Assembly: GCA_963773065.1 (NCBI GenBank)
Contig: CAVYZN010000011.1
Span: 1 to 64,000 of the forward strand
Length of the DNA stretch: 64,000 nt
Origin: an uncultured Gammaproteobacteria bacterium
GTDB taxonomy: Bacteria; Pseudomonadota; Gammaproteobacteria; UBA9214
Reading direction: 5' to 3'
Shown: positions 30,210 to 42,369 of the stretch, piece after piece
Layout: every line of letters starts with the position of its first letter
Numbering within the stretch: the stretch's first letter is position 1
The notes under the pieces: model-generated
What the model was told of the DNA's origin: nothing
Databases searched by the model: none
Seen by the model: only the letters and a program-made list of their open reading frames with translations
Made by a program: the position numbers and the translations under genes

Positions 30210-31474
30210 GTGCAGCCTCCGATGGTAGCCTGCTGCAGTTTACCGGATATATGGGAAATGCGCACGGCGGCCGGCGGGTGGGAATCATGGAATGCCGAGT
30301 ACAGGGGGTCGGGTGTCAGGGTGCTGGCGTTTTCCCGGTACATCTTGACCAGAGCCTTGACCAGATCGTTCCCGCTCGACTGACTGACCGCATAGGCATC
30401 GGCCTCGAACTCATGCCGGCGCGACAGGCGCGCCATCATCGGCTGCAGGAAGAAGACAAAAGGCGGGGCCGCCATCATGAACAGCACCAGCGCCATGTAG
30501 GGCGATGCCTGGCTTGCCCCCAGGCCGTGATAGAACCACTCCTGTCCGGCCAGCCAGCCCAGCAGGGCGAGCCCCGCCAGACTGAAGACGGCGGTCGTGA
30601 CCAGACGCTTCTGGATATGCTTCAGCTTGAAATGCCCCAATTCGTGGGCGAGCACCGCCTCGATCTCCCCGGGTTCGAGGCTCTGCAGCAGCGTGTCGAA
30701 GAAGACGATGCGCTTGTTGCGTCCGAAACCGGTGAAATAGGCATTGCCATGACCGGAGCGTCTCGAGCCGTCCATGACGAAGATGCCCTGGCTCCTGAAG
30801 CCGCATTTATCGAGCAATGACTGGATGCGGGCTTTGAGCGTGTCATTTTGAAGCGGTGTGAACTTGTTGAACAGCGGGGCGATCACGGCGGGGTAGGCCC
30901 AGAACATGATCAGCGAGAAACCCATCCACACCAGCCAGACATACAGCCACCAGAGGCCGCCGGCATGCTGCATGATCCACAGGGCAATCGCGATCATGGG
31001 ACCGCCGATGGCGATCATCAGGATGAACTGTTTTACGAGATCGCCGGCGAACAGGCCGGGCGTCGAACGATTGAAGCCATAGCGTTGTTCGACCACGAAG
31101 GTATGGTACAGGCTGAAGGGAAGCTCAAGCACCGCCATGATGGCCATGACGCTGAGCATGAAGCCCACACCGGTCACGATGGAGCCGAAACCGGCGCCGC
31201 GCCAGGTCTGGTCGAGCCATTCCAGTCCGCCGCCGAGCGTCCAGACTAACAGCAGCAGACCGTCATAGACCAGCTCGATCATGCCGAGGCGGGTCTTGGT
31301 CACGGTGTAGTCGGCGGCCTTGCGATGGTCGTCGAGCGCGATGCGTTCGACGAAGGCATCCGGTACCTGTTTGCGATGAGCGATGACATGCGCCTGTTGC
31401 CGGCCGGCAAGCCACAACTGGACCAGCGTGGCGGCGGCGAGCGCGGCGACAAACAGGACGCTGAAGGTGTTCAT
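30206..31474 (-). CDS. M48 (Ste24-like) zinc metalloprotease
   Basis: HELGH, EFEAD, SHP; multiple TM helices. Confidence 0.92.
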   Translation of the reverse strand: MNTFSVLFVAALAAATLVQLWLAGRQQAHVIAHRKQVPDAFVERIALDDHRKAADYTVTKTRLGMIELVYDGLLLLVWTLGGGLEWLDQTWRGAGFGSIVTGVGFMLSVMAIMAVLELPFSLYHTFVVEQRYGFNRSTPGLFAGDLVKQFILMIAIGGPMIAIALWIMQHAGGLWWLYVWLVWMGFSLIMFWAYPAVIAPLFNKFTPLQNDTLKARIQSLLDKCGFRSQGIFVMDGSRRSGHGNAYFTGFGRNKRIVFFDTLLQSLEPGEIEAVLAHELGHFKLKHIQKRLVTTAVFSLAGLALLGWLAGQEWFYHGLGASQASPYMALVLFMMAAPPFVFFLQPMMARLSRRHEFEADAYAVSQSSGNDLVKALVKMYRENASTLTPDPLYSAFHDSHPPAAVRISHISGKLQQATIGGCT

Positions 31475-31565
31475 ACGGTGCTGATGCTCCACAATTGACT
31501 TAGTCTCAGATTAGCCTCTGGTACAATGCCAGACAACCCCAATGTTGGAAGGGAAGACAAACCCG

Positions 31566-32111
31566 ATGACGCAAGATGCGACCAACCTGGTCTGGATAGA
31601 CCTGGAAATGACCGGTCTCGATACGCAGACCGACCATATCATCGAGATCGCCACCATCGTCACCGACGGCAGGCTGAATATTCTGGCGGAAGGTCCGGCG
31701 CTCGCCATCCATCAGCCTGACGCCGTCCTCGCCGCCATGGATGAATGGAATACCACCCAGCATGCCAAATCCGGGCTCACGGCGCGTGTGCGCCAGAGCC
31801 GCCTGAACGAGGCGCAGGCCGAGCGCCTGACGCTGGAGTTCCTGTCGGCCTACGTGCCGGCGAACGCCTCGCCCATGTGCGGCAACAGCATCTGCCAGGA
31901 CCGGCGCTTCCTGGCGCGCTGCATGCCGGAGCTGGAACGCTTCTTCCACTACCGCAACCTCGATGTCAGCACGCTCAAGGAACTCGCCCTGCGCTGGACG
32001 CCCGAGGTGGCCAGGGGTTACGTGAAGCAGAGCGCCCACCTGGCGCTGGATGACGTCAGGGACTCCATCCGCGAACTGCAGTTCTACCGCGAGCACCTCT
32101 TCAAGCCGTGA
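31566..32111 (+). CDS. orn: Oligoribonuclease
   Basis: [30 protein letters not shown]. Confidence 0.96.
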   Translation: MTQDATNLVWIDLEMTGLDTQTDHIIEIATIVTDGRLNILAEGPALAIHQPDAVLAAMDEWNTTQHAKSGLTARVRQSRLNEAQAERLTLEFLSAYVPANASPMCGNSICQDRRFLARCMPELERFFHYRNLDVSTLKELALRWTPEVARGYVKQSAHLALDDVRDSIRELQFYREHLFKP

Positions 32112-32144
32112 CGGCGGCGATGTGACCTGCCCGGCGGCCGCGGC

Positions 32145-32963
32145 TTATTGCTCGACCGGCAGATCGGGATTGTTGCCCCAGTCCGACCAGGAGCCCGGAT
32201 AGCCTTTCACCCGCGGGAAGCCCAGGTGCCGCAGGACGATATAGGTGTGCGCCGAGCGGTGATGACTCTGGCAGTAGGTGATGATCTCCCGGTCAGGGGT
32301 GATGCCGATCCGCGAGAGCAGGCGCTCGAGTTCCGCGTCGGGCTTGAAGCGCAGGTCGCGGGTCTGGTCCATGGCTAGGGTCCACTCCAGGTTCACCGCG
32401 CCCGGGATATGCCCGCCGCGTTCCGCATAGCGCCTGCCGCCGGTGAATTCCTCGGCGCTGCGGACATCGAGCAGGCCGACTTCCGCATTGCCCAGTCGCG
32501 CGCGGATGTAGGCGCTGTCGGCGACCGGTGTGTCATCGTGCGCGACCACGAACGCGGATGGCGCCGGCGTGACCGGGGCGTCATCATAGGGATGGCCTTC
32601 GTTGGCCCAGGCATGCAGGCCGCCGTTGAGCAGTGAAAAGCGTGTGTGCCCGGCGACTTCCAGCGTCCACAGGAAACGCGCCGCCCGGCCGCCGCCTTCA
32701 TCGTCATAGGCCACGACGTACCTATCCCGTTCGATGCCGAGGGAGGAAAATACCCGCTGCAGCGTCGCGTCATCCGGCAGCAGGCCCATCGCCGGCCTGT
32801 TGACGGCGACGATCTCCCCGTAATCCACGAAGACGGCGCCGGGTATGTGCAGTTTGCGGTAGGTGTCGGCCTTGCCCAGGTCGACGATCAGGATATCCGG
32901 CGAATACAGGATGTCTTCGAGGCTATCCGTTTCAATCAGCAAGGAGGGTCTGGTGTCGGTCAT
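32145..32963 (-). CDS. Two-domain rhodanese/sulfurtransferase (RhdA-like)
   Basis: HIPGA twice, active-site CQSHHRS, YPGSWSDW. Confidence 0.9.
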   Translation of the reverse strand: MTDTRPSLLIETDSLEDILYSPDILIVDLGKADTYRKLHIPGAVFVDYGEIVAVNRPAMGLLPDDATLQRVFSSLGIERDRYVVAYDDEGGGRAARFLWTLEVAGHTRFSLLNGGLHAWANEGHPYDDAPVTPAPSAFVVAHDDTPVADSAYIRARLGNAEVGLLDVRSAEEFTGGRRYAERGGHIPGAVNLEWTLAMDQTRDLRFKPDAELERLLSRIGITPDREIITYCQSHHRSAHTYIVLRHLGFPRVKGYPGSWSDWGNNPDLPVEQ

Positions 32964-34192
32964 GTTGCCTCGGTAAGTAGTGGTTCCAGCAGTTCGATCC
33001 AGTGTTTGACGGGTACACGGGCATGGCCCGCCAGGTGCATAAGGCAGCCGATATTGGCGGTGGCGATGACACAGGGTCCTTCCGCCTGCAATGCCTCGAG
33101 CTTGTTGTCTCTTAATTTATTGGATAACGCCGCCTGCAGGATGGAATAGGTGCCGGCCGAACCGCAACAGAGATGCTTGTCGGCAACCGGCACCAGTTCA
33201 AATCCCGATTTTGCCAGCAGGCCCTCGACAACGCCATCGAGCTTTTGCGCATGCTGCAGCGTGCAGGGTGAATGAAAGGCAATCTTCCCCGCGCCGGCGG
33301 GCGGACGGATTTTTCCGTCCAGCGTTTCCCGCGCGATGACCTCGCTCAGGTCCCTGGTCAGTTCGCTGACCCGCGCGGCCTTGTCCGCATAGGCGGGATC
33401 CTGCGCCAGCAGTCGTCCGTACTCCTTGACCAGCGGGGCGCACCCGCTGGCCGTGATCACGATCGCCTCGGCGCCGGCGGTGATTTCCGGCCACCAGGCG
33501 TCGATGTTTCTGCGCATCAAGTCCCGGGCCTCGTCCATGGCCCCGAGGTGATGGCTGACGGCACCGCAGCAGCCGCTGCCGGCGACGGTGACGGCGGTGA
33601 TGCCGAGCGCATCCAGGACGCGCCGCGTGGCGTGGTTGATCTGCGGCGCCAAGGCCGGCTGCACGCAACCCTCCGGCAGCAGCATGCGGCGCCGGTGTAA
33701 TTTCCCGCACGCTGGGAGCAGGCGCGCGGGCCGGGCGGGGATCCGCCGCCGTAATCCCGAGGACAGCAGGGGACGCACCGTCTGCCCCAGCCGGAGCAGT
33801 ACGGTGAATGCCCGCCGGTGCGTGAGGATGAGGCGCAGCATACGCCGTACCAGGCGCTCTGCGGGCGAGCGCCTGACCTGCCGTTCGATCACTTCCCGCC
33901 CGGTATCGAGCAGGCGGTGATAATCCACGCCGGAAGGGCAGGTGGTTTCACAGGCGCGGCACGTCAGGCAGCGGTCGAGGTGTAATTGAGTGCGTGCCGT
34001 TGCCATCCGTCCTTCCAGCACCTGCTTGATGAGATAGATGCGCCCGCGCGGCCCGTCCAATTCATCGCCGGTGAGCAGGTAGGTCGGGCAGGTGGCATTG
34101 CAGAAACCGCAGTGCACGCAATTGCGCAGCACCTCGTCGGCTTCGCTTCCCGCCGGGGTGTCGAGCAAGGCTTCAGACAGCGAGGTCTGCAT
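32960..34192 (-). CDS. glcF: Glycolate oxidase Fe-S subunit
   Basis: [27 protein letters not shown] domains. Confidence 0.95.
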   Translation of the reverse strand: MQTSLSEALLDTPAGSEADEVLRNCVHCGFCNATCPTYLLTGDELDGPRGRIYLIKQVLEGRMATARTQLHLDRCLTCRACETTCPSGVDYHRLLDTGREVIERQVRRSPAERLVRRMLRLILTHRRAFTVLLRLGQTVRPLLSSGLRRRIPARPARLLPACGKLHRRRMLLPEGCVQPALAPQINHATRRVLDALGITAVTVAGSGCCGAVSHHLGAMDEARDLMRRNIDAWWPEITAGAEAIVITASGCAPLVKEYGRLLAQDPAYADKAARVSELTRDLSEVIARETLDGKIRPPAGAGKIAFHSPCTLQHAQKLDGVVEGLLAKSGFELVPVADKHLCCGSAGTYSILQAALSNKLRDNKLEALQAEGPCVIATANIGCLMHLAGHARVPVKHWIELLEPLLTEAT

Positions 34193-34200
34193 CGTTTCGG

Positions 34201-35256
34201 TTACAGCTCCGGGTACATGCGCCCGGGGTTGAGGATGCCGGCGGGATCGAAGCTGTGCTTGAGGCGCCGGTGCAGCGCAAGCAGCGGTCCGGGCAGGGGA
34301 TGAAAGACCTCGTTGCCAGCGCCGTTGCGAAACAGCGTGGCGTGGCCCCCGGCTGCGGCGGCGCCGTGGCGCAGCGCGGCCGAGGGCAAGCCGGTTTTAT
34401 ACCAGCGCTGGGCGCCGCCCCAGTCGATCAGGCAGTCGCCGTCAAGCGGCAGGGGCGGCGCGGCGGGCGGTACGGCCAATCGCCACAATGGCCGAGCATC
34501 CGCGAAAAACGCCAGCCGCTGTTCGCGCAGGTCATCCCAGAATGTCCCGGCGGCAGGGACTTCATCACCGCCGAGCTTGTCCGCGGCCGCCTTCACCCCT
34601 TGTTCGTACCCCGACAGACGCACCGTCAACCAGCCGTCATGGTAGCAGCCGGCCGAGAGCGGCAATGGCAATCCGGCCCACCGGTTGAACAGCCGGATGG
34701 CCTCTGCGGGCGTGGTTTCCCGCCGCAGCGTGATTTCGGTTTCCGGGCGCGGCAGGACCTTGAGGGTGATGTCGAGCAGTACCGCCAGGGTGCCCAGCGA
34801 ACCGGTGAGGGTGCGCGAGATATCGTAACCGGCGACGTTCTTCATGACCTGCCCGCCAAAGCGCAGCCGTTTGCCGGCGCCGTTGAGACAGGTGATCCCC
34901 AGCACATGATCGCGCACCGCCCCGGCATAGGGACGGCGCGGACCGGACAGGCCGCAGGCGATGGTGCCGCCGAGGGTGGCGGCGGCGCCGAAGTGCGGCG
35001 GTTCAAACGCCAGCATCTGGTTTTCCCGCGCCAGCACCGCCTCGAGCGCCGCCAGCGGCGTGCCGGCGCGCGCCGAGACGACCAGTTCTTCGGGCGCATA
35101 ATCGATAACGCCGGCGTATTCGCCGACGCGGAATTCCTCGGCCGAGATTGCCCTGCCGTAGAAAGCCTTGCTGCCGCCGCCGCGGATAGCCAGCGGCGTG
35201 CCGCTGGAACCGGCATTTCGCAGCGTGTCGGCGAATGACTCGATCAGGTCGGGCAT
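34201..35256 (-). CDS. glcE: Glycolate oxidase FAD subunit GlcE
   Basis: [36 protein letters not shown]. Confidence 0.93.
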   Translation of the reverse strand: MPDLIESFADTLRNAGSSGTPLAIRGGGSKAFYGRAISAEEFRVGEYAGVIDYAPEELVVSARAGTPLAALEAVLARENQMLAFEPPHFGAAATLGGTIACGLSGPRRPYAGAVRDHVLGITCLNGAGKRLRFGGQVMKNVAGYDISRTLTGSLGTLAVLLDITLKVLPRPETEITLRRETTPAEAIRLFNRWAGLPLPLSAGCYHDGWLTVRLSGYEQGVKAAADKLGGDEVPAAGTFWDDLREQRLAFFADARPLWRLAVPPAAPPLPLDGDCLIDWGGAQRWYKTGLPSAALRHGAAAAGGHATLFRNGAGNEVFHPLPGPLLALHRRLKHSFDPAGILNPGRMYPEL

Positions 35257-35278
35257 CTCGTCGGTCCGGATGGCAGGG

Positions 35279-36733
35279 TCAGAAGCGTTCGAGTTCCGGG
35301 TGCGGGAGATTGCCCCGGTGCACATGCAGGGCGCCGAATTCGGCGCAGCGGTGCAGCGTCGGAATGGCCTTGCCGGGATTGAGCAGGCCGCGCGGATCGA
35401 ACGCCTGCTTGACGGCATGGAATTGCGCCAGCTCGTCGCCGTTGAATTGCACGCACATCTGGTTGATCTTCTCAATGCCCACGCCGTGCTCGCCGGTGAT
35501 GGTCCCGCCGACGGCGACGCATAACTCGAGTATCCTGCCGCCCAGTTCCTCGGTGCGTTCGAGTTCCCCCGGCTGGTTGGCGTCGTAGAGTATCAGGGGG
35601 TGCAGGTTGCCGTCGCCGGCGTGGAATACATTGCAGATCGGCAGACCGTATTGCGTGGACAGGACGCCGATTGCCGCGAGCACGTGCGCCAGGTGCCGGC
35701 GCGGTATGGTGCCATCCATGCAGTAGTAGTCCGGCGACAGGCGGCCCATGGCCGGAAAGGCGGCCTTGCGGCCGGCCCAGAATCGCTGGCGCTCCGCTTC
35801 GTCGCGGGAGACGCGCAAATCGACCGCGCCGGCCTGCGCGAATACCTGGCGGGTGCGTTCGATCTGGGCGGCGACATCTTCACGCGTCCCGTCCAGTTCA
35901 CACAACAGGATCGCCGCGGCATCTTCGGGATAACCGGTAGGCACGTACCTTTCCACGGCGCGTATGGCCGGATTGTCGAGCAGTTCCAGCCCGGCCGGAA
36001 TGATGCCGCCGGCGATGACGGCCGTGACGGCGGCCGCGGCGGCCTCGACGGAATCGAATGCCGCCAGGACTACCTGCGCCGTTTCGGGTTTCGCCAGCAG
36101 TTTGACGGTAACCTCGATGACGATGCCCAGCAGTCCCTCCGAGCCGGTCAGCAGGGCAAGCAGGTCATAGCCCGGGCTGTCGAGCGCCTGGCTGCCGATG
36201 GTCAGGCGCTCGCCCTCGATCGTCAGGATCTCGAGTTGCCGGATGTTGTGGACGGTGAGCCCGTATTTCAGGCAATGCACGCCCCCGGCATTTTCCGCCA
36301 CATTGCCGCCGATGGAACAGGCAATCTGCGAGGAGGGATCCGGTGCATAATAAAGACCGTAGGGCTCGGCGGCTTTGGATATGGACAGGTTGGTCACGCC
36401 GGGCTCGACGCGCGCGGTCCGATTGTTGACGTCGATATCGAGTATCCGGTTGAGGCGCGCCAGGCTGAGCAGTACACCGTCGGTCAGGGGCAGCGCGCCG
36501 CCCGACAGGCCCGTGCCGGCGCCCCGCGCGACGACGGGGACGCCTGCTTCGGAACACAACTGCAGCGTAGTCTTTACCTGGTCCGGCGTTTCCGGGATCA
36601 CCACGACCAGGGGAAGCCTGCGATAGGCGGACAGGGCATCGCATTCGTACGGGCGCAAATCTTCCGGGTGGAAGAGCAGGCAATGCGCGGGAAGGCGCCT
36701 GCGCAGCAGATTTATCAAGCTGTTGTCCGACAT
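35279..36733 (-). CDS. glcD: Glycolate oxidase subunit GlcD
   Basis: RGAGTGLSGG, APDPSSQIACSIGGN, HAGDGNLHP, GEHGVG. Confidence 0.95.
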   Translation of the reverse strand: MSDNSLINLLRRRLPAHCLLFHPEDLRPYECDALSAYRRLPLVVVIPETPDQVKTTLQLCSEAGVPVVARGAGTGLSGGALPLTDGVLLSLARLNRILDIDVNNRTARVEPGVTNLSISKAAEPYGLYYAPDPSSQIACSIGGNVAENAGGVHCLKYGLTVHNIRQLEILTIEGERLTIGSQALDSPGYDLLALLTGSEGLLGIVIEVTVKLLAKPETAQVVLAAFDSVEAAAAAVTAVIAGGIIPAGLELLDNPAIRAVERYVPTGYPEDAAAILLCELDGTREDVAAQIERTRQVFAQAGAVDLRVSRDEAERQRFWAGRKAAFPAMGRLSPDYYCMDGTIPRRHLAHVLAAIGVLSTQYGLPICNVFHAGDGNLHPLILYDANQPGELERTEELGGRILELCVAVGGTITGEHGVGIEKINQMCVQFNGDELAQFHAVKQAFDPRGLLNPGKAIPTLHRCAEFGALHVHRGNLPHPELERF

Positions 36734-36895
36734 GTGCCCGAGGGTTATTTGTGGGTGTATGCACCGACAACTCGCGGTTGCGGCCGCATGCGGTGATCAA
36801 GGAACCGACTGCCAGCGCCGATAGTTGTCGAAATACTATAGAACTTCCCCATTGTACACAGGCGGATTATTTGCGCCTCATGCTATGATGAAACG

Positions 36896-37411
36896 ATGAG
36901 ATGCTGTTTGCGACAAGTTGAGTATCATGGCATACCGCCGTACACCTTTGCCGGCCTGATGGATCTGTATGAGTCGAACTACATCCGGTTGAGGAACCTG
37001 GTGCCTGAACTGGATGCCATGCCGGCGATCGCCGTCTCGCGTGTGCCGGGTGCGCTCGATCTACACCTGCAAATAATCGAACGCTGCCGATTCACCACCA
37101 CACTGGGCCTGACCTACCGCTTCCATGACGAGGAAGGCGTATTCCCGGCGCCCGATATCAGGGTGCGCATCTACCATGACGCCCAGGTCGGCGAGGTGAT
37201 CGCCTGCGGTCGCCGGCGCGGCCTGCATCACGCCGAGTACAATCGCCTGCACAACAATTACTCACGCACGGAAAAGTGGCGCATGAACCGCTTCCTGCAG
37301 AAGTGGCTGGGTTACTGTCTCAGGCAAGGCCATCTGCTTTACGCCGGACCATCTATCCCCGTTATATACGGAATCCTCAAAATCTGTCGAGGATTTTATG
37401 CTTATCGCTGA
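36896..37411 (+). CDS. DUF1249 (YqiB-like) protein
   Basis: LMDLYESNY, VRIYHDAQVGEV, EKWRMNRFLQKWLGYCL. Confidence 0.75.
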   Translation: MRCCLRQVEYHGIPPYTFAGLMDLYESNYIRLRNLVPELDAMPAIAVSRVPGALDLHLQIIERCRFTTTLGLTYRFHDEEGVFPAPDIRVRIYHDAQVGEVIACGRRRGLHHAEYNRLHNNYSRTEKWRMNRFLQKWLGYCLRQGHLLYAGPSIPVIYGILKICRGFYAYR

Positions 37412-37501
37412 ATCCTGAAATTTTTTCTGCCTCACCCTGCCCATTGGCTCAGTACCGGGCCAGGTGCTACTTGATAGTTGTTTCCGACTGCCGCATACTC
37501 A

Positions 37502-37526
37502 TTACCTGAGTAAAATGCTAGGTATT
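37502..37526. promoter_or_regulatory. Putative IscR type-1 box
   Basis: TTACCTGAGTAAAATGCTAGGTATT imperfect palindrome directly upstream of iscR. Confidence 0.55.
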
Positions 37527-37579
37527 TATCCGGCGCGTCCGGCTACGGTCCCGGCACGGCAGTATACGAGGCAAGATTT

Positions 37580-38056
37580 ATGCGATTATCGACGAAAGGG
37601 CGCTATGCGGTTACCGCCATGCTGGATCTTGCCATTCACCATGAAGAGGGACCGGTTACGCTGGCGGATATTTCCGAGAATCAGGGTATATCGCTATCCT
37701 ATCTTGAGCAGCTTTTTGCCCGTTTGAGAAGGCGTGGTCTGGTTGAGGGTTTGCGCGGCCCCGGCGGCGGCTATCGACTGTCGCGCCGTCCCCAGGACAT
37801 ATCGGTGGCGGAGGTGATAACCGCCATTGGCGAGGGCATCGACGCCACCCTGTGTGAAGGCAACAGGGACTGTCAGGAGGGAGAGGAGTGCCTGACCCAT
37901 CAGCTTTGGACAAAACTTGGCCAGGAAATCTTCGACTTTCTCAATGGTATTACCCTGGCCAGTTTTATTGAACGTGATGATGTCAATGAAGTCATACGAC
38001 GCCAGCAGGGCAGAGTGACTCTGGCGGCGCCCCGATTACGCAAGCCCGTGGCATGA
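37580..38056 (+). CDS. iscR: Fe-S cluster assembly transcription factor
   Basis: MRLSTKGRYAVTAMLDLA; three Cys and His (CEGNRDCQEGEECLTH). Confidence 0.95.
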   Translation: MRLSTKGRYAVTAMLDLAIHHEEGPVTLADISENQGISLSYLEQLFARLRRRGLVEGLRGPGGGYRLSRRPQDISVAEVITAIGEGIDATLCEGNRDCQEGEECLTHQLWTKLGQEIFDFLNGITLASFIERDDVNEVIRRQQGRVTLAAPRLRKPVA

Positions 38057-38091
38057 GATGACCGGATCAATTTCTGAGCAGGATTACCCCT

Positions 38092-39312
38092 ATGAACATT
38101 AGCATACCGATTTACATGGACTACTCGGCGACAACGCCGGTGGATGAACGCGTCGCCGCGAAGATGTGCACCTACCTGACCCGTCAAGGCCAGTTCGGCA
38201 ATCCCGCATCGCGTTCCCATGAATTCGGCTGGAAGGCCGAAGCGGCGGTTGAGGAGGCCCGTCTGCACGTCGCGGCATTGATCAACGCCGACCCCAGGGA
38301 AATCGTCTGGACCTCGGGCGCAACCGAATCCGATAACCTTGCCATCAAGGGCGCCGCTCACTTCTACCGGAAACAGGGCGGGCACATCATCACCCTCAAG
38401 ACCGAGCACAAGGCGGTGCTGGATTCCTGCCGCCAGCTCGAGCGCGAAGGCTGTGAAGTGACCTACATGGATCCCGATCCGAACGGCTTGCTCGATCTGA
38501 AGAAGCTCGAGGCCTGCCTGCGCAACGACACGGTGCTGGTGTCGGTCATGCACGTCAACAACGAAATCGGCGTCATTCAGGACATCGCCGCGATCGGCGA
38601 ATTGTGCCGCGACCGCAGGATCATCTTTCATGTGGATGCCGCGCAGAGTGCCGGCAAGATTCCCATCGACATGGAGAAACTCAAGGTCGATCTGATGTCC
38701 TTTTCGGCCCACAAGATCTACGGCCCCAAGGGGATCGGCGCCTTATACGTGCGCCGCAAGCCGCGGGTGCGTCTCGAGGCCCAGATGCATGGCGGCGGGC
38801 ACGAACGCGGCCTGCGCTCCGGAACCCTGCCCACCCATCAGATCGTCGGCATGGGCGAGGCCTTCCGTATCGCAAAGGAAGAAATGGAGGAAGAGGCCCG
38901 GCGCATCCGCAAGCTCAGGGACCGGCTGTGGAACGGCCTCAATGAAATGGAGGAGGTCTATCTGAATGGCGACATGGACCAGCGCGTGCCCGGCAATCTG
39001 AATGTGAGCTTCAATTACGTCGAAGGCGAAAGCCTGATCATGGCGCTCAAGGACATGGCGGTCTCCTCCGGATCCGCCTGCACCAGTTCCAGCCTGGAAC
39101 CCTCCTATGTGCTGCGCGCGCTGGGCAGAAACGATGAGCTGGCGCACAGCTCCATCCGGTTTACCATCGGACGCTACACGACGGCGGAGGAAGTCGACTA
39201 TATTGTCGCTCGCGTCAGGGAGAAAGTCGCCAAGTTGCGTGAACTCTCGCCCTTGTGGGAAATGTACAAGGATGGCGTCGATCTCAGTTCGGTAAAGTGG
39301 GCGGCGCACTGA
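38092..39312 (+). CDS. iscS: Cysteine desulfurase
   Basis: [27 protein letters not shown]. Confidence 0.97.
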   Translation: MNISIPIYMDYSATTPVDERVAAKMCTYLTRQGQFGNPASRSHEFGWKAEAAVEEARLHVAALINADPREIVWTSGATESDNLAIKGAAHFYRKQGGHIITLKTEHKAVLDSCRQLEREGCEVTYMDPDPNGLLDLKKLEACLRNDTVLVSVMHVNNEIGVIQDIAAIGELCRDRRIIFHVDAAQSAGKIPIDMEKLKVDLMSFSAHKIYGPKGIGALYVRRKPRVRLEAQMHGGGHERGLRSGTLPTHQIVGMGEAFRIAKEEMEEEARRIRKLRDRLWNGLNEMEEVYLNGDMDQRVPGNLNVSFNYVEGESLIMALKDMAVSSGSACTSSSLEPSYVLRALGRNDELAHSSIRFTIGRYTTAEEVDYIVARVREKVAKLRELSPLWEMYKDGVDLSSVKWAAH

Positions 39313-39355
39313 ATTCAGTGCAGGCCCCGGTAACAGGGTTAGCAGGTAAAGGACA

Positions 39356-39679
39356 ATGGCAATTACACTGACACAGGCGGCGGCGAGCCGCGTCAAGCAG
39401 TTTCTCGACAACCGCGGCAAGGGCGTGGGGCTGCGGCTGGGTGTGAAAACCACGGGCTGCTCCGGCATGGCCTACGTGATCGAGTATGCCGATGCGATCG
39501 AGGACAACGATATGGTATTCGAGGACCAGGGCGTCAAGGTCATTGTGAATCCCAAGAGTCTGGCGTACCTCGATGGCACCGAGCTCGATTACGCCAAGGA
39601 AGGACTGAACGAAGGGTTCAGGTTCAATAATCCCAACGTCAAGGACACGTGTGGCTGCGGGGAGAGTTTCAACGTATAG
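39356..39679 (+). CDS. iscA: A-type Fe-S carrier
   Basis: [16 protein letters not shown]. Confidence 0.96.
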   Translation: MAITLTQAAASRVKQFLDNRGKGVGLRLGVKTTGCSGMAYVIEYADAIEDNDMVFEDQGVKVIVNPKSLAYLDGTELDYAKEGLNEGFRFNNPNVKDTCGCGESFNV

Positions 39680-39722
39680 CCGTATCCGGCCACCCGTGTA
39701 ATCCAACGACGGCTCGTTACTC

Positions 39723-40274
39723 ATGGCGGCGGATCTTTCCTCAAGCTATTTCCAGTTGTTTGACCTGCCCCGGGCATTCGTGATCGACGCCGCGAAACTC
39801 GACAGCCGTTACCGGGAGCTGCAACGCATCGCTCATCCGGACCGGTTCGTGAATGCGAGCGACCAGGAGCGGCGGCTTGCCATGCAGCAGGCGACCCGGA
39901 TCAACGAGGGTTACCAGACGCTGAAGGACCCCCTGAAACGCGGCCGCTATCTGCTCGAACTGGGGGGCTTCGTCTTCAGTGACCAGCACCACACCACCCG
40001 CGATCCGGAATTTCTCCTGCGGCAGATGGAACTGCGCGAGGCGCTGGCAGGGGTAAGATCGGCTTCCGATCCCCTGGCCGTGCTCGGCGGTTTGATCGGA
40101 ACGATAGCCGCTGACTTCGCCGCCTTGACGGGCGAGTTGCAGTCACACCTTGCCGGCGGTGAACGCAATGAGCCGGAAACGGCCGCTGCCATCCTGATGA
40201 AGATGCAATTCTTTCGCCGCCTGCAGGAAGAGGCGCTGGAGCTGGAAGCCGCGATCGAGGATGAACTCGCCTGA
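39723..40274 (+). CDS. hscB: Co-chaperone HscB
   Basis: J-domain HPD; [14 protein letters not shown]. Confidence 0.94.
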   Translation: MAADLSSSYFQLFDLPRAFVIDAAKLDSRYRELQRIAHPDRFVNASDQERRLAMQQATRINEGYQTLKDPLKRGRYLLELGGFVFSDQHHTTRDPEFLLRQMELREALAGVRSASDPLAVLGGLIGTIAADFAALTGELQSHLAGGERNEPETAAAILMKMQFFRRLQEEALELEAAIEDELA

Positions 40275-40303
40275 ACCCGCCCGGATCGGGGACTCGATTG
40301 AAT

Positions 40304-42185
40304 ATGGCGCTTTTACAGATAACAGAACCCGGTGAGTCCGCCGCCCCGCATGCACACCGGCTGGCGGCCGGCATCGATCTCGGCACCACCAACTCCCTGG
40401 TCGCGAGCGTGCGCAGCGGCGTTGCGGACACCCTGCCGGATGCGAACGGGCGGCATCTGTTGCCCTCGGTGGTGCGCTATACGAAAGCGGGCGGTCCGCT
40501 CGTCGGCCAGGCGGCGCTCGATGCGGCAACGGAGGATCCCCTCAACACCATCGCTTCCGTGAAGCGCCTGATGGGCCGCGGCGTCGAGGATGTCAAGCAT
40601 CTGGGCACGCACCTGCCTTATGATTTCGTCCCGGGCGCAAGCGCCATGCCGCTGCTGCATACCGTGGCCGGCGATATCAGTCCGGTCGAGGTGTCGGCCG
40701 AAATCCTGCGCGTGCTGAAAACCCGCGCCGAGCAGACCCTGGGCGGGGAACTGCAGGGTGTGGTAATCACCGTGCCGGCCTATTTCGACGATGCCCAGCG
40801 CCAGGCGACCAGAGACGCCGGCCGGCTGGCCGGGCTCACCGTCCTGCGGCTGCTGAATGAACCGACGGCGGCCGCGGTGGCGTACGGTCTGGACAAGGGT
40901 TCGGAAGGCGTCATCGCCATCTTCGACTTGGGCGGCGGCACCTTCGATATTTCCATACTGCGACTCAACCGGGGCGTGTTCGAGGTGATGGCGACGGCCG
41001 GCGATACCTCCCTGGGAGGCGATGATATCGACCGGGTCGTGGCGCGCTGGATCATGCAACAGGCGGAGATCGACGAAGCCGCCGGCCATGTGCAGATGCG
41101 CCGCCTCATGCACGTTGCGTGCGCCGCCAAGGAGGCGCTGTCCGGGCAGCCGGCCGTGGCGGTGAGGCTGGAACGCACCGCCGGGCCGGCATGGCAGGGT
41201 GAACTGACCAGGGCACGCTTCGAAGAACTCATCGAGCCGTTGCTGCAAAAGACCCTGAGTCCCTGCCGCCGGGCGCTGCGGGATGCCGGCATCCGCGCCG
41301 GCGATGTCCAGGCGGTGGTGCTGGTCGGTGGTTCGACCCGCATCCCGCTGGTGCGCCGGCGGGTTGCCGAATTCTTCGGCCGCGAGCCCATGGTGGATAT
41401 CGACCCTGAGCGGGTGGTCGCCGTCGGCGCCGCCATCCAGGCCGATATCCTGGCCGGCAACAAGCCCGACGACGAAATGCTGCTGCTCGATGTCATCCCG
41501 CTCTCGCTGGGACTGGAGACCATGGGCGGACTGGTGGAGAAAATCATCCCGCGCAACAGCACGATACCGACGGCACGTGCGCAGGAGTTCACCACCTTCA
41601 AGGACGGCCAGACCGCCATGTCCCTGCACGTGGTGCAGGGAGAGCGTGAACTGGTCAGCGACTGCCGCTCGCTGGCGAGGTTCGAACTGCGCGACATCCC
41701 CCCGATGGTGGCGGGCGCCGCGCGCATCCGCGTGAGCTTCCAGGTGGATGCCGACGGCCTGCTGGATGTCACCGCCGAGGAGCAGGTGACGGGCGCCAGG
41801 AGCAGCGTCGTGGTCAAGCCGTCCTACGGGCTTGGCGACAATGAAATCGAGCAGATGCTGCGGGACTCCCTATCACACGCCCGTCAGGATATGGAACTGC
41901 GCCGTCTGCGCGAGCAGCAGATCGAGGCGGACCGCGTGCTGGAGGCCCTGCGGGCCGCGCTGGCCGAGGACGGCGAGCGCCTCCTGACGGCGGCGGAACG
42001 CGTAGGCATCGAGGCGGCGGCCCGAGCGGCTTGCGCAGGCGCGCAACGGCTCGGATTACCGCGCCATCAAGGCATCCATCGAAACCGTGGAACAGGCGAG
42101 CAGCGACTACGTCGCGCGGCGCATGAACGAGAGTATCCGCAAGGCGATGGCGGGCCACCGCGTCGACGAGTTCAAGTCTTCGTGA
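40304..42185 (+). CDS. hscA: Chaperone HscA; frameshift near 42025, likely true end RVDEFKSS*
   Basis: [31 protein letters not shown]; second-frame [14 protein letters not shown]. Confidence 0.94.
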
Positions 42186-42369
42186 CAGTACCCGCAGGCA
42201 GGGTCCACGGCAACGACGCAAGGTGATGATATCGCAGGCACCATGAAAACGGCGGAATACCCTTCCCCTGACATGACGGTTACTTATTTTCCCCGCATCC
42301 CGCGCGTTGTACGCTGGGGCGGTTTTTCTGATCATCGCGACTGACACCACTTCCGGAACCCGTACCGAT

